Positions 13,010-24,347 of a DNA stretch of 64,000 bases are shown here, one piece after another; within the stretch, counting starts at the first letter, position 1, and every line of letters begins with the position of its first letter. The stretch is taken from assembly GCA_011109175.1 (NCBI GenBank), contig RDEW01000016.1, positions 947,358 to 1,011,357 on the forward strand, given 5' to 3'. A program made the translations under genes and the position numbers. The notes below the pieces were generated by a model. That model did no database searches and was not told the origin of the DNA. It saw only the letters and a list, made by a program, of their open reading frames with translations. The stretch comes from Dicyema japonicum (Eukaryota; Animalia; Dicyemida).

Positions 13010-14100
13010 ATGTCATTGAGGGCTGCATGAAGCGGGGCTCGACCAGCACTTCGTCGGCAAGAGAGTGGATGTAAGCCTTTCGTATCAACGTCCCCGCCGC
13101 AACGTAATTTGCGTCTCTGGCATATGTCCAGTCCTAGGGGCAGTGCCACCCCGATCCTCAGGCTGTTTTCGTTAAGGAGGGTCCCCAGATATGGGCACGG
13201 AAGGGCCTCAAGCCAGAGTCCACTTCAGCGATGTGCGGCTGACTTAATGCTTGCTCGTCGGTGTTGATTTGCAAGCAACTCTTCTGGCAAGCATAGTTCG
13301 ACTGAAATTCAAAGCCAAACTCTCCCCACAACTTGCTAACTCTATCAAGCTCCGAGTCCAAGGTATGTCCGATTGCGTTACATAGGATCTCTTGGACCAA
13401 GCGACTGCATCTCGCAAGGGATGAAGATTAGGAAGGCAATGGGGGATCTTAACACAATGACCCCATTTCTCTCAGGTATTTGCACATTGTCCAGCCCAGA
13501 TCATCGAATTTGACATTCAGTATTGACTCCGCCGGTCGTCTCAGAGTCCCATCAGCGATGTTGCTCTCCGGTGTTCAAAACATGGTGAACATCTCAAAAT
13601 TTACATCAACTTCGACATGGAACTACATTTCTTGAGCAATAAGAACGACAATGTGGATAAAGATGATACTCTTTTTGTAAAGGCTTCAACTTCATTATGC
13701 TTACTGGTTGAGCAGTTTTTTAGCTCGTCGTTTCCGAGAGGGTAGCCGAGGATGTGTGCCTTGTCCAAGAAGGATGTGCTAAAACATGGAAGTTAGGATC
13801 TAATTTCTTGGCTGGCAGTAGAAATGCTTGGAGATGAGCAGGAAATATTGATCACTTTCGATTTCATAACATTGGCACTTAAACCCAATTGGTTTTGAGC
13901 TGAAATGGTTGAAGAAATATCCTGATATACATACTTCACATTCAGTGGGAGTAAAAGCCGGGAAGTCTTCTAGCATTGTCAAGTTCCGCTGGTTCGGTGG
14001 TGGAGCAGAGTGCTTTTTTCTCAGTAACTCCAAGACTTTTCGGCACGGCTTCAACAGTGATTCGTCACAAGACACTAATAATACAGCTGCGTGAACGTCC
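13010..14100 (-). mobile_element. CRE-like (RLE-type) non-LTR retrotransposon fragment
   Basis: TPEVLELLRKKH-like segment and zinc-knuckle region LRIGVALPLG...CGGDVDTKGLHPLSC..SAGR..HAALND, homologous to 35330-37150. Confidence 0.7.
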
Positions 14101-14849
14101 CCTTCTATGTTGATATTAAGTTTTCTTCATGACTAGCCCTAATGGCTGATACTCATTGCACATACTTTTGGCCTAATGGCGCTTTACTTCTCAAGTTAGC
14201 AAACGGGAATTTTCACAATCACAATTGAAGTAAGATTACAATCAACAATATTAATAAAGTGACATAGCCAAAGAATATATTCATCAACAATCCCTCCAAA
14301 TTGTTTGCTAAAATAACTAATAACTTTTTTTGATGCTAAGATACTGACAAAAAAGCCTACACTCATGACTACTTCGGTTCCTTGAATAATCTTGGAAACC
14401 ACACTTCTATCTAGCAGATCGATTCCGAGCGAATGTTGACCATTGGAAGGCTTGTAAGAACTCGCCACTTCCATCTTCCAAATACTTGCAGTTGTCCCGA
14501 TTTTGTAAACATGCGATCAAAAAATAAAATTTTCTGAAGCCATTCAAAGGTTACATCCTTATTTTTATAGAACAATTTAATTGAAAACCTCAGTAAGATC
14601 TTTATAAAATCTACAACACACACGGCGTTGAAAAAAATCTTTAGACGATCTATGAAAGATGCCAAACACCCTTCTTTGGTCAAACCAGTCCTTTAATGGG
14701 GGAAACATCCTATGGGATGACCATCTTCCCCTTGAAGCGGGGAAAACTCTTGCTGGGACCACCATCTTTCCTTAATACTATATCAAAGTCCACTTTATTT
14801 ATTGTAAAACCACAAGACCACCAAGAATAAAGAATTAACTCAGTAAAAA

Positions 14850-15140
14850 TTTTACTACATCACATAAATAATTTCCATTAATTTAGATTTATTTTCCGTC
14901 ATCAAAAACAATTGGGTCTGACTTTCGATACTAACGTGCTGAACAAATGTGAAAAGAAATGCCTAACAGGTCTGTGGAAAATTGGACATCACCCTATACT
15001 TAAAACGCTCTACTAACAGTACATTAAACCATGCATTTCATATGCGTGTACTTAATAGGGACCACTAGCCTTTTATACGAAGGCTCAGAAAATCTCCGCA
15101 ACTCAGAAAAGGGCCTTCAAACTAACTGAAAGATTGTATA
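14850..15140 (+). mobile_element. I/Jockey-like LINE C-terminal fragment
   Basis: LY*QYIKPCISYAC...QKISATQKRAF, homologous to 24875-25258 and 29227-29568. Confidence 0.6.
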
Positions 15141-15319
15141 CAGGNAACGCCTCAGAGGTAACGCCTTCGCCATTCTGTCGTCCTAATTATTTATAATTTA
15201 AAAAATAAATTTTTTTTGATTCAAAAAAAAAAGTTGTAAATAATTATAACTTTATGAAATAATAACATAAATAAAACTTAACAAATTTTATTGGGGTAGT
15301 TTAAGATTCTAAACGTGAC

Positions 15320-17900
15320 CCCGTGGCGACATGCGGTGCTATGTGACTAGTATGTCAAAAATTATTTTCCCTCTCTTCGATGATGCACCCCACAGTAGAC
15401 GGGTCGCAAAAGATTCGGACGAACTTGACGCTTTTTACGTGCAGCTGTCGAGGACATATGCCGAACTGGAATCGTCTTTTCTAGTCTTCATTGCCGGAGA
15501 CTGGAATGCTATAGCAGGATTACGTCGGGAACATGAGTCGACTATCGGAAGATATGGAAGAGGGATCAAGAACTTGCCGGGGCTGTGCTGATAAATTTCT
15601 GGGGCATTTGGTCTATTCCTGTGTAACACTGCGTTTGCGCATGCTGCACGACATAAGACTACCTGGACGAGCTGCAGAAAAATGAATCTGGGGGCCATGT
15701 GATGATTTACAGTCAGATTGATTACATTCTTTGCCGACTATTACGGGACTCGACGTCATACGGAGATGTCGTCGGAAAGCGATCACAAGATCGTCTTGGC
15801 CCTGTTTGATATTACAAGTCGCTATGCACGTATTTCAGGAACAAAGCTATCTCAGGTCATACGGAGAGGATACCTAGTCGAGAATTTATGTTTTTCACAT
15901 TCTACTCGAATTATCTATCGAGCATCTATGGAACATTATCTACAAGCAATATAGACAGACCTTCCACCGGTAGTCACTTGGACGCATACAATGGAAAGAA
16001 TTCATATGACTACAGACGAACTCATTGTGAGGCGGCCGCACAACGCACGAAGTACCGAGCAGGGCCACCCCGATGTTCCCGCACTAGCTGCAAAACAGAA
16101 AGATCTTCGACTATTACTGGAAAACATGACAAATACAGACAAAATGCTTTTTACAGTCGGAACGTACCAGGATACAGAGAAAAATCAAAATTAAAAGTGA
16201 ACATGTTGCAGACGTTTAAGATGCCAGGTTAAAAAGTGGAGAATCTAAAGGATTGTTCATAGACGCTCTTGGCAATGCGCCTGCTTTAGAGGAGGAATTA
16301 AAAAGGCAAACTAAAAATTCAGGATAACAAAGGGAATATGATTTTTGACGCTACGGAACAAGCCGAACTTATTGCTGCTCATTTTGAACGACTCTTTGAC
16401 GTTGACGAGGAAATGGTGGACCTAATCATTGGTAATGCAGAAAATCTTGTAAATGAAATCACGGTGGGAGAAGTTATGAAGGAAATAGAGAGACTGAAGT
16501 GGAATCGCTTGTCAGGACCGGATGGTATAAGTGCTGAGTTACTAAAGTACGGCCCACAAACCCTGGTGGAAATCGTGGCCAAAGTATTAAACGAAATGTT
16601 TGCAACTAACGACCTTTTCCGTTGGACAAAGGAATTCTGGTGCCGATTCAAATACCGAATAAGAGAGCAGGCCCTGTGGAAAACCTGCGCCAGTCATCCT
16701 AATCAATTCGCTAAGAAAGTCCTTGCTCGGTAGTGCTGGATCGTGTGCAAGAGCCTGTGAATGAATTACTGTCATCGAGCCACAGTGGATTCAGGACAGG
16801 CAGATCTACCGCTGATGTGGTCTGGGGCATAGGTGACGTTGTGCACTTACCAAAGATTTGAGAGTGCGAACTACAATTTTGGGGATCGACATGTCGAAAG
16901 TTTTCAACAAAATTCGGCGAGGAAAGCTTATTGATGTTTGCGGGGATTTCTTAATAAGGATTCTCTCAGGATAATAGAAGTTTTATTGTCGAACACAGAA
17001 CTGACGGTACGAGTTGGGAGTACGTCGTCCAGAAATTTTTCGACGACTGTGGGTACCCCCCAGAGGGACTCCCTTTCCTCTTTGCTGTTTGTTATATACC
17101 TGGAGGTAGCACTGCGTGGTATTAGAAGTTTTTATAATGGGCAAATCACCGAAATTATAAACCCTGATGATGTGGATTTCGTATCTGAAGATAAAGCAGC
17201 CTTGAGGCGGTTACTTGACGTTGCCCCTGCAGAGCTTGGGAAATGGTTTCTTACGGTGAATACAACTAAAACTGAAATTGTGGAAATCGTACGCATGGAT
17301 CAAGATTGAAAGAGGGATTGAGACGTTCCAGAAAGCTCGGCTCCCTCCTTGGGGACAGTGAGGACATAACCCGGAGGAAAAGTACTATCGACGGTCGCAC
17401 TGAACAGAATGAAGACGGATTAATTGGCTAACAGACCGGTAACGATCGCGCGTTGTTTGCATCTTTGTAATGCTTTCGTGAAGCCGGTCTTGCTATATAA
17501 CTTTTCCTGCTGAAGGACATCGGTCTCAGAAACCAAAAATCTTAACTCCTTCCATCGAAGACAATTACGAATACTGTGCGGGGTACAATGGTGGACACGG
17601 ATCAACAATGAGGCACTGTACCGAAAGTGCTCAACGCGCCCTGTGACTTGGGATGTGGTGGATGTCCGATGGAGACTGTTTAGACACATTCTACGGATGG
17701 ACCTCAATCACCTGAAAATTTGCCAATGGATGAATATTTCCCTGCAAGTGGAAAGAAATATCGGGGCGCTACCGGGGGTGCTGGATGAGGATCTCAGGGC
17801 AATCAACCGGAGGCTCGTAAATGGAGGAGATCTGGATGCTATGAGAAGTTTGGCGTGTAACAGAGGAGGATGGACGAGATTGATCCAAAAAATCGCTTTG
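15320..17900 (+). mobile_element. RTE-like LINE (APE endonuclease + RT), near full coding span, frameshifted
   Basis: Endonuclease motifs VFIAGDWNA, QIDYI and SESDHKIV; RT motifs SGPDGISAELLKYG, GIDMSKVFNK, GTPQRDSLSSLLF, PDDVDF and RKLGSLLGD. Confidence 0.9.
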
Positions 17901-18186
17901 AATTATGTTTCTATGATAGTTGCCTATAATAATATAAAACAAAAGTCACAAAATAAAACATGTTATAAATATATTTTTCCACACTTTATATTAGTATACG
18001 AAGAGTTGGAGCAATTTAAAATTCATATTTTTCCAAGTAACGTTGTCTCTATTTTTAATGCTAGTTGGATAAAAAATGACCCCAACGCATATATCCTCAA
18101 AAGTAAAAGAAAGGAGGATTTATAGTGATCCTTAAATTAAAAACTTGACAATTACATTCCAATAACAAAATATATTAGTAATAAAG

Positions 18187-19663
18187 TCACTTAGTAAATG
18201 AGAGGTTAAACTTTTCCCACGACGACACAACAGACTCCACAAAATAATCAATCATTTCCTTTGTATGATAAGGAGTGACCACAATCCTTATTCTTTCTGT
18301 CCCACGTGACACTGTCGGGTAATTTATAGCCTGAACATATATTCCGTGATTTCTCAACAGGTGTTGCGACACTTGAGAACACGTGGCTGCATTTCCGATA
18401 ATCAGAGGGATGATATGACTCTCATTCTTCAAAACCGGAAGATTCCGCGAAATCAACGCCTCCCGGAGAATCCTTACATTCTCCTGATGTCCTGCTCTAA
18501 GATTCCGTCCTTCGTCCGACATGAGGATATTTAAGGATTGAATGGCTCCCCAAATCACGGTGGGAGGTAAACTAGTAGTAAAAATCAAGTCAGGAGCGTA
18601 AGAACGAATAAAATCGACCGTGGAATTTGTGGAAGTAACATAACCGCCGAAATTTCCGATCGCCTTTCCTAAAATATCAGGTTTTGTGACTTACCGAGAG
18701 TCCCAGAAATGATATCAACGAGATCCGTGAGTCCTTCCTTTTCCGCGATCCCTGATCCACGGTGGCCATAAAGTCCGACAGCGTGGACCTCGTCAAGAAA
18801 GGTGATACAACCGTGCTGTTTGGCAATCTTGCAGATTTTCTCAATCGGAGAAATATCCCCTTTAAATTAAGGTGAAAATCACCGGACATTGAATAAACTG
18901 ACTCGAATGCCACAATTTTCGGTTGTGTGTGGGGAAAGGACTCCAAAATTTCTGTGAAATGATCCACATCGTTGTGTCTGTAAATAAATTTGGGAACTCT
19001 GCTGTAATTAATTCCTGCTATCATCGAGGCGTGGTTTTCCGCGTCGGAAATGATCACGGAATCTTTGATGTGTCTTGCCAGAGTGAACAGTGAGGACTGA
19101 TTCGCCACATAGCAGGAACTGAACAGTAAAGCTGACTCCTTTCCATGGAATCTAGCGATTTCTTTCTCCAACTGCATATGGTATGTGGTGGTTCCCGAGA
19201 TATTTCGAGTTCCTCCGGACCCACTGCCGTGTTTGGAGGCGGCTTGTCTGCAAAGATCAGAGGAATTCAAAACTGAACGGCGGAAATAACTTTTGGGTGT
19301 CTTGTCATCCCCAAATAGTCGTTGCTACACCAAACCGTTACTTCCTTGTTTTCCTGTCCGTGGAATGCCCGGGGACAGTTTTGAGCCTGTCGATTAACCT
19401 AAGGTTAAAGAGATAGAAGACCTGTTGGAAAACCCGATAAGTGTTGTCCCTTTCTTTGGTGAGGATCTTCTCAACAAAGATACTATCATAATTAAAATTT
19501 TTATTCAAAAATGTGCATTTTTCCCATGGTTTGGGTCTTACTAAAGTTGTCAGAGTACAAAAATACAATTTCCCGTGGAATTGCCGGTCTTTTCCGTTGA
19601 AAAAATTCGAAAAGTAGACGGTCTTAGAGAGAATTTTTGTAGATTCCAATAATTACCTTTCAT
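18187..19663 (-). CDS. ALAS: 5-aminolevulinate synthase, mitochondrial (450 aa, 6 exons, intact)
   Basis: Five GT-AG introns (19541-19566, 19399-19421, 19248-19273, 18860-18882, 18669-18694) give an uninterrupted 1353-nt frame: transit-like [70 protein letters not shown] (PLP lysine), [17 protein letters not shown]; TGA stop. Confidence 0.97.
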
Positions 19664-20264
19664 GTCGTGTTAGGATTAATTGATTGTTTATATTATTAAT
19701 TTTATTATTTTTAAAATAAAAACAACTTAATAATTAAATTATAATTTATTATTCACTTCTACAATAGAACAGGAATTAGGACTGTCATCATTGTATGTAT
19801 ATCCCTCTTTTTTAGAAATAATAATATTGGTCTATGAGAACCCATCACTGTATTAGTTCGTCTGGGAACTTCTCTAGATTACTTTATTAATTGAACCTGT
19901 GGAACTAGTCTGTCTTCTGTAACACTAATAGCACTTAATGTATTTTTTCCTTGGTGATTTGACTTTTTTGAGTATTTTTTAAAATGTCAAAAATTTACTA
20001 ACTCATATACAGTCCGACCTCGTTTTGGGTAATCAAGTGCCTAAAAATAGGGGTTTTGTGCATTATATAATTTCGACTAAAGAATGAAGATTAAAAATTA
20101 ATTTTACAAAAGTAATCTGTTATTTTCTTCACAGGTTTAAGGCTATTTCTTACATTTTTCATAAAATTTAATAGAAATTTGTAGAAATCTTAGACTGACT
20201 CGGTTAAATGCTGAAAATTTTGTTCTCCAAATTCTCAAGTGAATCTTGCATTTCTTTAACAATT

Positions 20265-20558
20265 ATAAATTGAGAAACATGAGTAGTTAATTACTGAGTC
20301 CAGCGGATATGATCGAGTGGCTGTTACCTCTGACTACTGCCAGGGATATCCTTTGGAAAAGCCACTCGGTTTCCCGACGCTCCCTCGAGGCTTTGGTCAA
20401 TAGACACCCAAGTGCTCTAAGGAAAGAGACCGTCTTGGGGCCGAAGACTCCGCTCGTCTCGACGACCACTGGCTGTACATGGAAACGGTTTAGGAGGCTG
20501 CTGTAAAGAAATAAAAATAAAGAAATACAGCAGCCTCCTAAACCGTTTCCATGTACAG
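20265..20558 (-). mobile_element. 5'-truncated CRE-like retrotransposon with 11-bp TSD and terminal fold-back
   Basis: YSSLLNRFHVQPVVVETSGVFG...RISLAVVRGN (RLE C-terminus); CTTTAACAATT at 20254-20264 and 20559-20569; 34-bp perfect inverted repeat 20472-20505/20526-20559. Confidence 0.9.
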
Positions 20559-20906
20559 CTTTAACAATTGTATTCGTGTCTAAAGTTTATAATTATTAAA
20601 TATCATTCACAAATTCATTGTTTTCAACATTTATATGCTTATATATTCATTTGTAAGATTATCTTCTGAATGGTTTAAAAAATAATAATTCAATATGGAT
20701 TTTTCTTTGTTCTCAGCCAAAATGTTAGATTTAAAAAAACTGCCCCAATTCTTTTAATGTGAATATATGTGAATAAATAGTTTATTGTGAAATGTTTTAA
20801 AGAATTACTGTGCTAAAATATTAATGGTTTTATGACAATTCCACGTTATTATTGATGTCTCAAAATGAAAATATTTCTTGTCAACTCTATTGTACAAAAC
20901 ACAGAC

Positions 20907-21219
20907 TATAATAATAATAAAGCCTTTTCACGAGAGCCATAGTATTTATAGCTCCGCATAGGCAGGACACACACTTTATTTGAGTAAAGAGCAGTTAATT
21001 TTAACTAATCGTAGAACCAAGGAATGATCTTCACTTCTTTTTTTCTTTTTCTTGTGTGAGTATCCTTTCTAGACAATCCAGTTCCGCAGTGAGTATCCAC
21101 TGATGACGGCGTCACTCGTCAAACCCTTTCTGCATCGTAGATGTGTGGAACTTTCCACCAGGTGAACAGCAGCCGTAACCTAAGCCACTTAGGCCCGACA
21201 CCTAACCACTATGCCACAC
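20907..21219 (-). mobile_element. tRNA-derived SINE with (TAT)n tail
   Basis: A box gtggcatagtgg; B box deleted; body homologous to 23135-23410; ends aaaggctttattattattat. Confidence 0.8.
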
Positions 21220-21899
21220 AGACTATGGGAATATATTTTTTATAATGATGCCTTTGTTATTTAAAGGCCAATAATAAACATTGTTTTTAAAGGCTAAGCT
21301 TTTCATATTTTTTAAGAAAGTATGAATTCTCCTATATTCAAAACATGACAATGATATGTGATTGGTTATAATTGCTAATTGGTAAGAAAGTTGAGATTGG
21401 GATATATTTTTGGTGATGACGCAGCTCTTGTTTACTGATTCCCTCAAGATTGATGTAACATTTCGTTCCCCTTCTTATATTCACAGACAAAATAATTGAC
21501 TCAGGAGACATCTGATAAACCAAGTTTTTAGAATAAAGAATGGCCTGAAATATTGAGGAATCTGATTAGCATCGTTCACTTTGGGGAGAACAAGGGAATT
21601 AATAGTAAATAATAACCACGGAATTGAGTTAATTAAAGTCTAATTAAGGGACATTCAGTTTCCACTGTTAGAGGGAGACACGTATTTTTCTAGTATGATG
21701 TTTATCCATATCCGCTGTTATGGGAACCCCTCCAATTGAGTGCGCAAAAGATTAATTTTTTTTGGATACCGACCATCCACTAGGCGTCTCCTAAAATAGA
21801 TAGATCACATGACGCATCTTAAGATATGTAAACGGACAAAACACTAAAATATCTTTCGCTATGTACGCAGTGGTGTGGAAATATTCGTAAAATCCTAAT

Positions 21900-23130
21900 A
21901 GTTATAATTTCACTTGTGCAGCATTCAAAACAATCCTCCGAACCAACTTCTTCCAACCTCCTCGATCGTAAGAGAGTTTCCTCTACTCGTCCAGGTCGTC
22001 CCCACTTCTTAGACGTTTGTTCACAAGCTTTAGATCTCCGTCAAGTGTTTCAGGTAGTGTAATACGCCGAGCGCCCAAGTCCATACGCAAGATATGTCCA
22101 AATAGCTCCTCCAGCGCATTTTGGCGCAACAAATGTCGAGACTCAGTGGACCCGTGCAACATCTCTTGTACAGCGATTCCTTTTTTATTCTTGCTGGCCA
22201 GTTCAGTCCTAGTAAGGATCTAAGTTGTCTTCGATTGAAAGAGTCTAGTCCAAGTTGTTCGGTTTTGGACGTTCCCCAGGTCGATGAATTGTACATTAGG
22301 ATGGGCTTGACAAAGGCTTCATATAGTCTCAAACGAAGTGATGTGCAGGATCGTCGTTTGCCAATCCACTTTTTTTCAACTTGTTCATCGTTACCCAAGT
22401 GAGGACCTTCCTTCTGGGAATATCTTGACTATCTCCTAATAAAGAGCCAAGTTTGTCTGTTTTTTCGCCATGTTTCACTTTATCTGCTTTCTATTCTCCT
22501 GATTTCCACAATGTCAGTTTTTGTGGTGTTCATTCCAAGGAACCATCGGTTCAGCTCAGCAGGTGCCACCTCGAAGAGTCGAAGTAGAGCCGATTTGTCT
22601 TCTGACACAAAGTCGACGTCGTCCGCATAGGCAATTTCGACGATGTTTCCATCATATAACTTCCGAAAATCTCGTAATGCCGCCTCCAGATATATGACAA
22701 ATAGCAGAGGCGAGAGGGAATCTCCCTGGGGACGTAAATTCACGGGAAAACGTCATACCGACCCGTACTCTGAGCTTCGTGTTAGATAGCAGCACTTTGA
22801 TCATACTGACAGAATGAGGGTCCAAGAATTGTTCCAGTATCCTGAGAAGTAGACCACGGCGGACCGTGTCAAAGGCCCTAGAGAGTCTATTATTATTAAT
22901 GCACAAATTTTTTTTGTCAAGAGTCACAAAATCATGTCAACAAATGTGTTGGCGCCTTCCTGCATTGTGACCAACTTGTTTATGGAATAACAGGAAATGA
23001 CAATCATAAATCAATACAAATTGACGGTATATGGCGGTGAAGTATTAATCGTTGCTTCCAAGAGCTTTTGAGACAATCTTTAAGATAGTTACTCTCTCTG
23101 GTTTTCCGCATTTTTGAAAAAAAAATTCCT
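21900..23130 (-). mobile_element. RTE-like LINE RT 3' portion
   Basis: DLSRAFDTVRRG, PQGDSLSPLLFVIYLE, AYADDVDF, RLYEAFVKPILMYN. Confidence 0.92.
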
Positions 23131-23134
23131 ACCT

Positions 23135-23410
23135 GGGTGGCATAGTGGTTAGGTGTCGGGCTAAAGTGGCTTAGGTCACGGGTTTGATTCTCGCTGCTGT
23201 TCACCTGGTGAAAGGTTCAACGCATCTACGATGCGGAAAGGGCTTGACAAGTGACGGCGTCATCAGTGGAGATTCACTGCGGAACTGGATAGTCAAAAGG
23301 ACATGCACACAAGAAAAAGAAAAAAAAGAAGTGAAGAGCATTCCTTGGTTCTCCCTTTACGATTAGCTATAATAACTGTTCTTTACTCAAATAAAGTGTG
23401 TGTTCTGCAC
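23135..23410 (+). mobile_element. tRNA-derived SINE, most complete copy
   Basis: GGGTGGCATAGTGG (A box) ... GGTTTGATTC (B box), then a non-tRNA body; multiple dispersed copies in the window. Confidence 0.85.
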
Positions 23411-23869
23411 GAGCGAAACCTTAGACATCTTACGTGCTTATAGCAACGTGCTAGTGCTTAATTAATATTAAATTTTAAAACATGATTTCCAGATATTTGA
23501 TGTGCTATTGGTAGAGAGAATTCGTTTTTTGAGGAGGATTCTCGATTTGAAGTACTAGTCCTCGTTTAAATGTAGTAAATATAGTCGGAAAGGACTTGGT
23601 TGGCAAAACTTCATATTATATTCATGGAGTCAGAGTGTTACCTATTTTTGTATGACCTCAGTGGCTGTTTGATAATCATAGAAGCAGCAGGCGATGTGGA
23701 TACCATTAACATTTAGCTGAGGAATCGTTAGAGAGTAGCCATAACAAAGGTTTGGTTACACATCACCAGACGGGAGCAACAATAAGAAAACGGAAATATT
23801 GCAAAACTATTTGAGGAAGAGAACTATCTAGAACAACGGATTCTGACATCATATTTGTATAATATGTTG

Positions 23870-24180
23870 GACACATTATTATTACCTTAGAATCACCTGA
23901 TTAAAAGTAAATAAAGTTCATAACTAAGTGACCCTAGACCGACATGGGGGAGGTCCTATCCGAAGTGGGAGAAAATCCTGGATGACTTTACAGATACTTT
24001 GAACACATTGTAGGAACACTCATTAAACTTATTATCTTGCTCCTCGAAAAAATATGAGAGTAACAATAAGGATTGCTCTTGGAATGAGGTTCGAGGAAGT
24101 TCTGAATGATCAAGAAACCCTCTTAAAACCAAGGCAAAACATTATCAAAATCTGAGTTAAGGTTTAAAAACACATATTCT
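23870..24180 (-). mobile_element. I/Jockey-like LINE 3' end
   Basis: gtcggtctagggtcacttag (CRSRVT*) plus gtaataataat tail, a variant of the GIT* family terminus. Confidence 0.6.
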
Positions 24181-24347
24181 CAACTTGGGGTGCTTCAAGA
24201 CATTCTTTCAATTCAATGTCCATTACCAAGAGAGTGTGGGCATTCATATTGATGACAGCCATTCCAGGCACAGTTGTTTACTTAATGTTATCAATGGCTT
24301 TTCTACTCGTCCCCACCACAAAGAAATCCATCTCCAAGGTTTAAAAC

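Noticed and set aside
15151-15235. Spliced-leader RNA (AG|GTAA plus T-rich Sm-like site)
   Set aside because: Only ~6 nt upstream of the GT are shared between the two copies, too little for a conserved leader exon
20009-20260. Possible pogo-like TIR (TA|CAGTCCGACCTCG) and transposase tail
   Set aside because: No partner TIR found in the window
21098-21130. Hammerhead-like CTGATGA in the SINE antisense strand
   Set aside because: No correctly placed GAAA or flanking helices; the motif is explained by the TGACG palindrome
23135-23205. Possible tRNA gene
   Set aside because: A and B boxes are present but no acceptor stem or cloverleaf closes, and the sequence continues into a repeated non-tRNA body, so it is a SINE head
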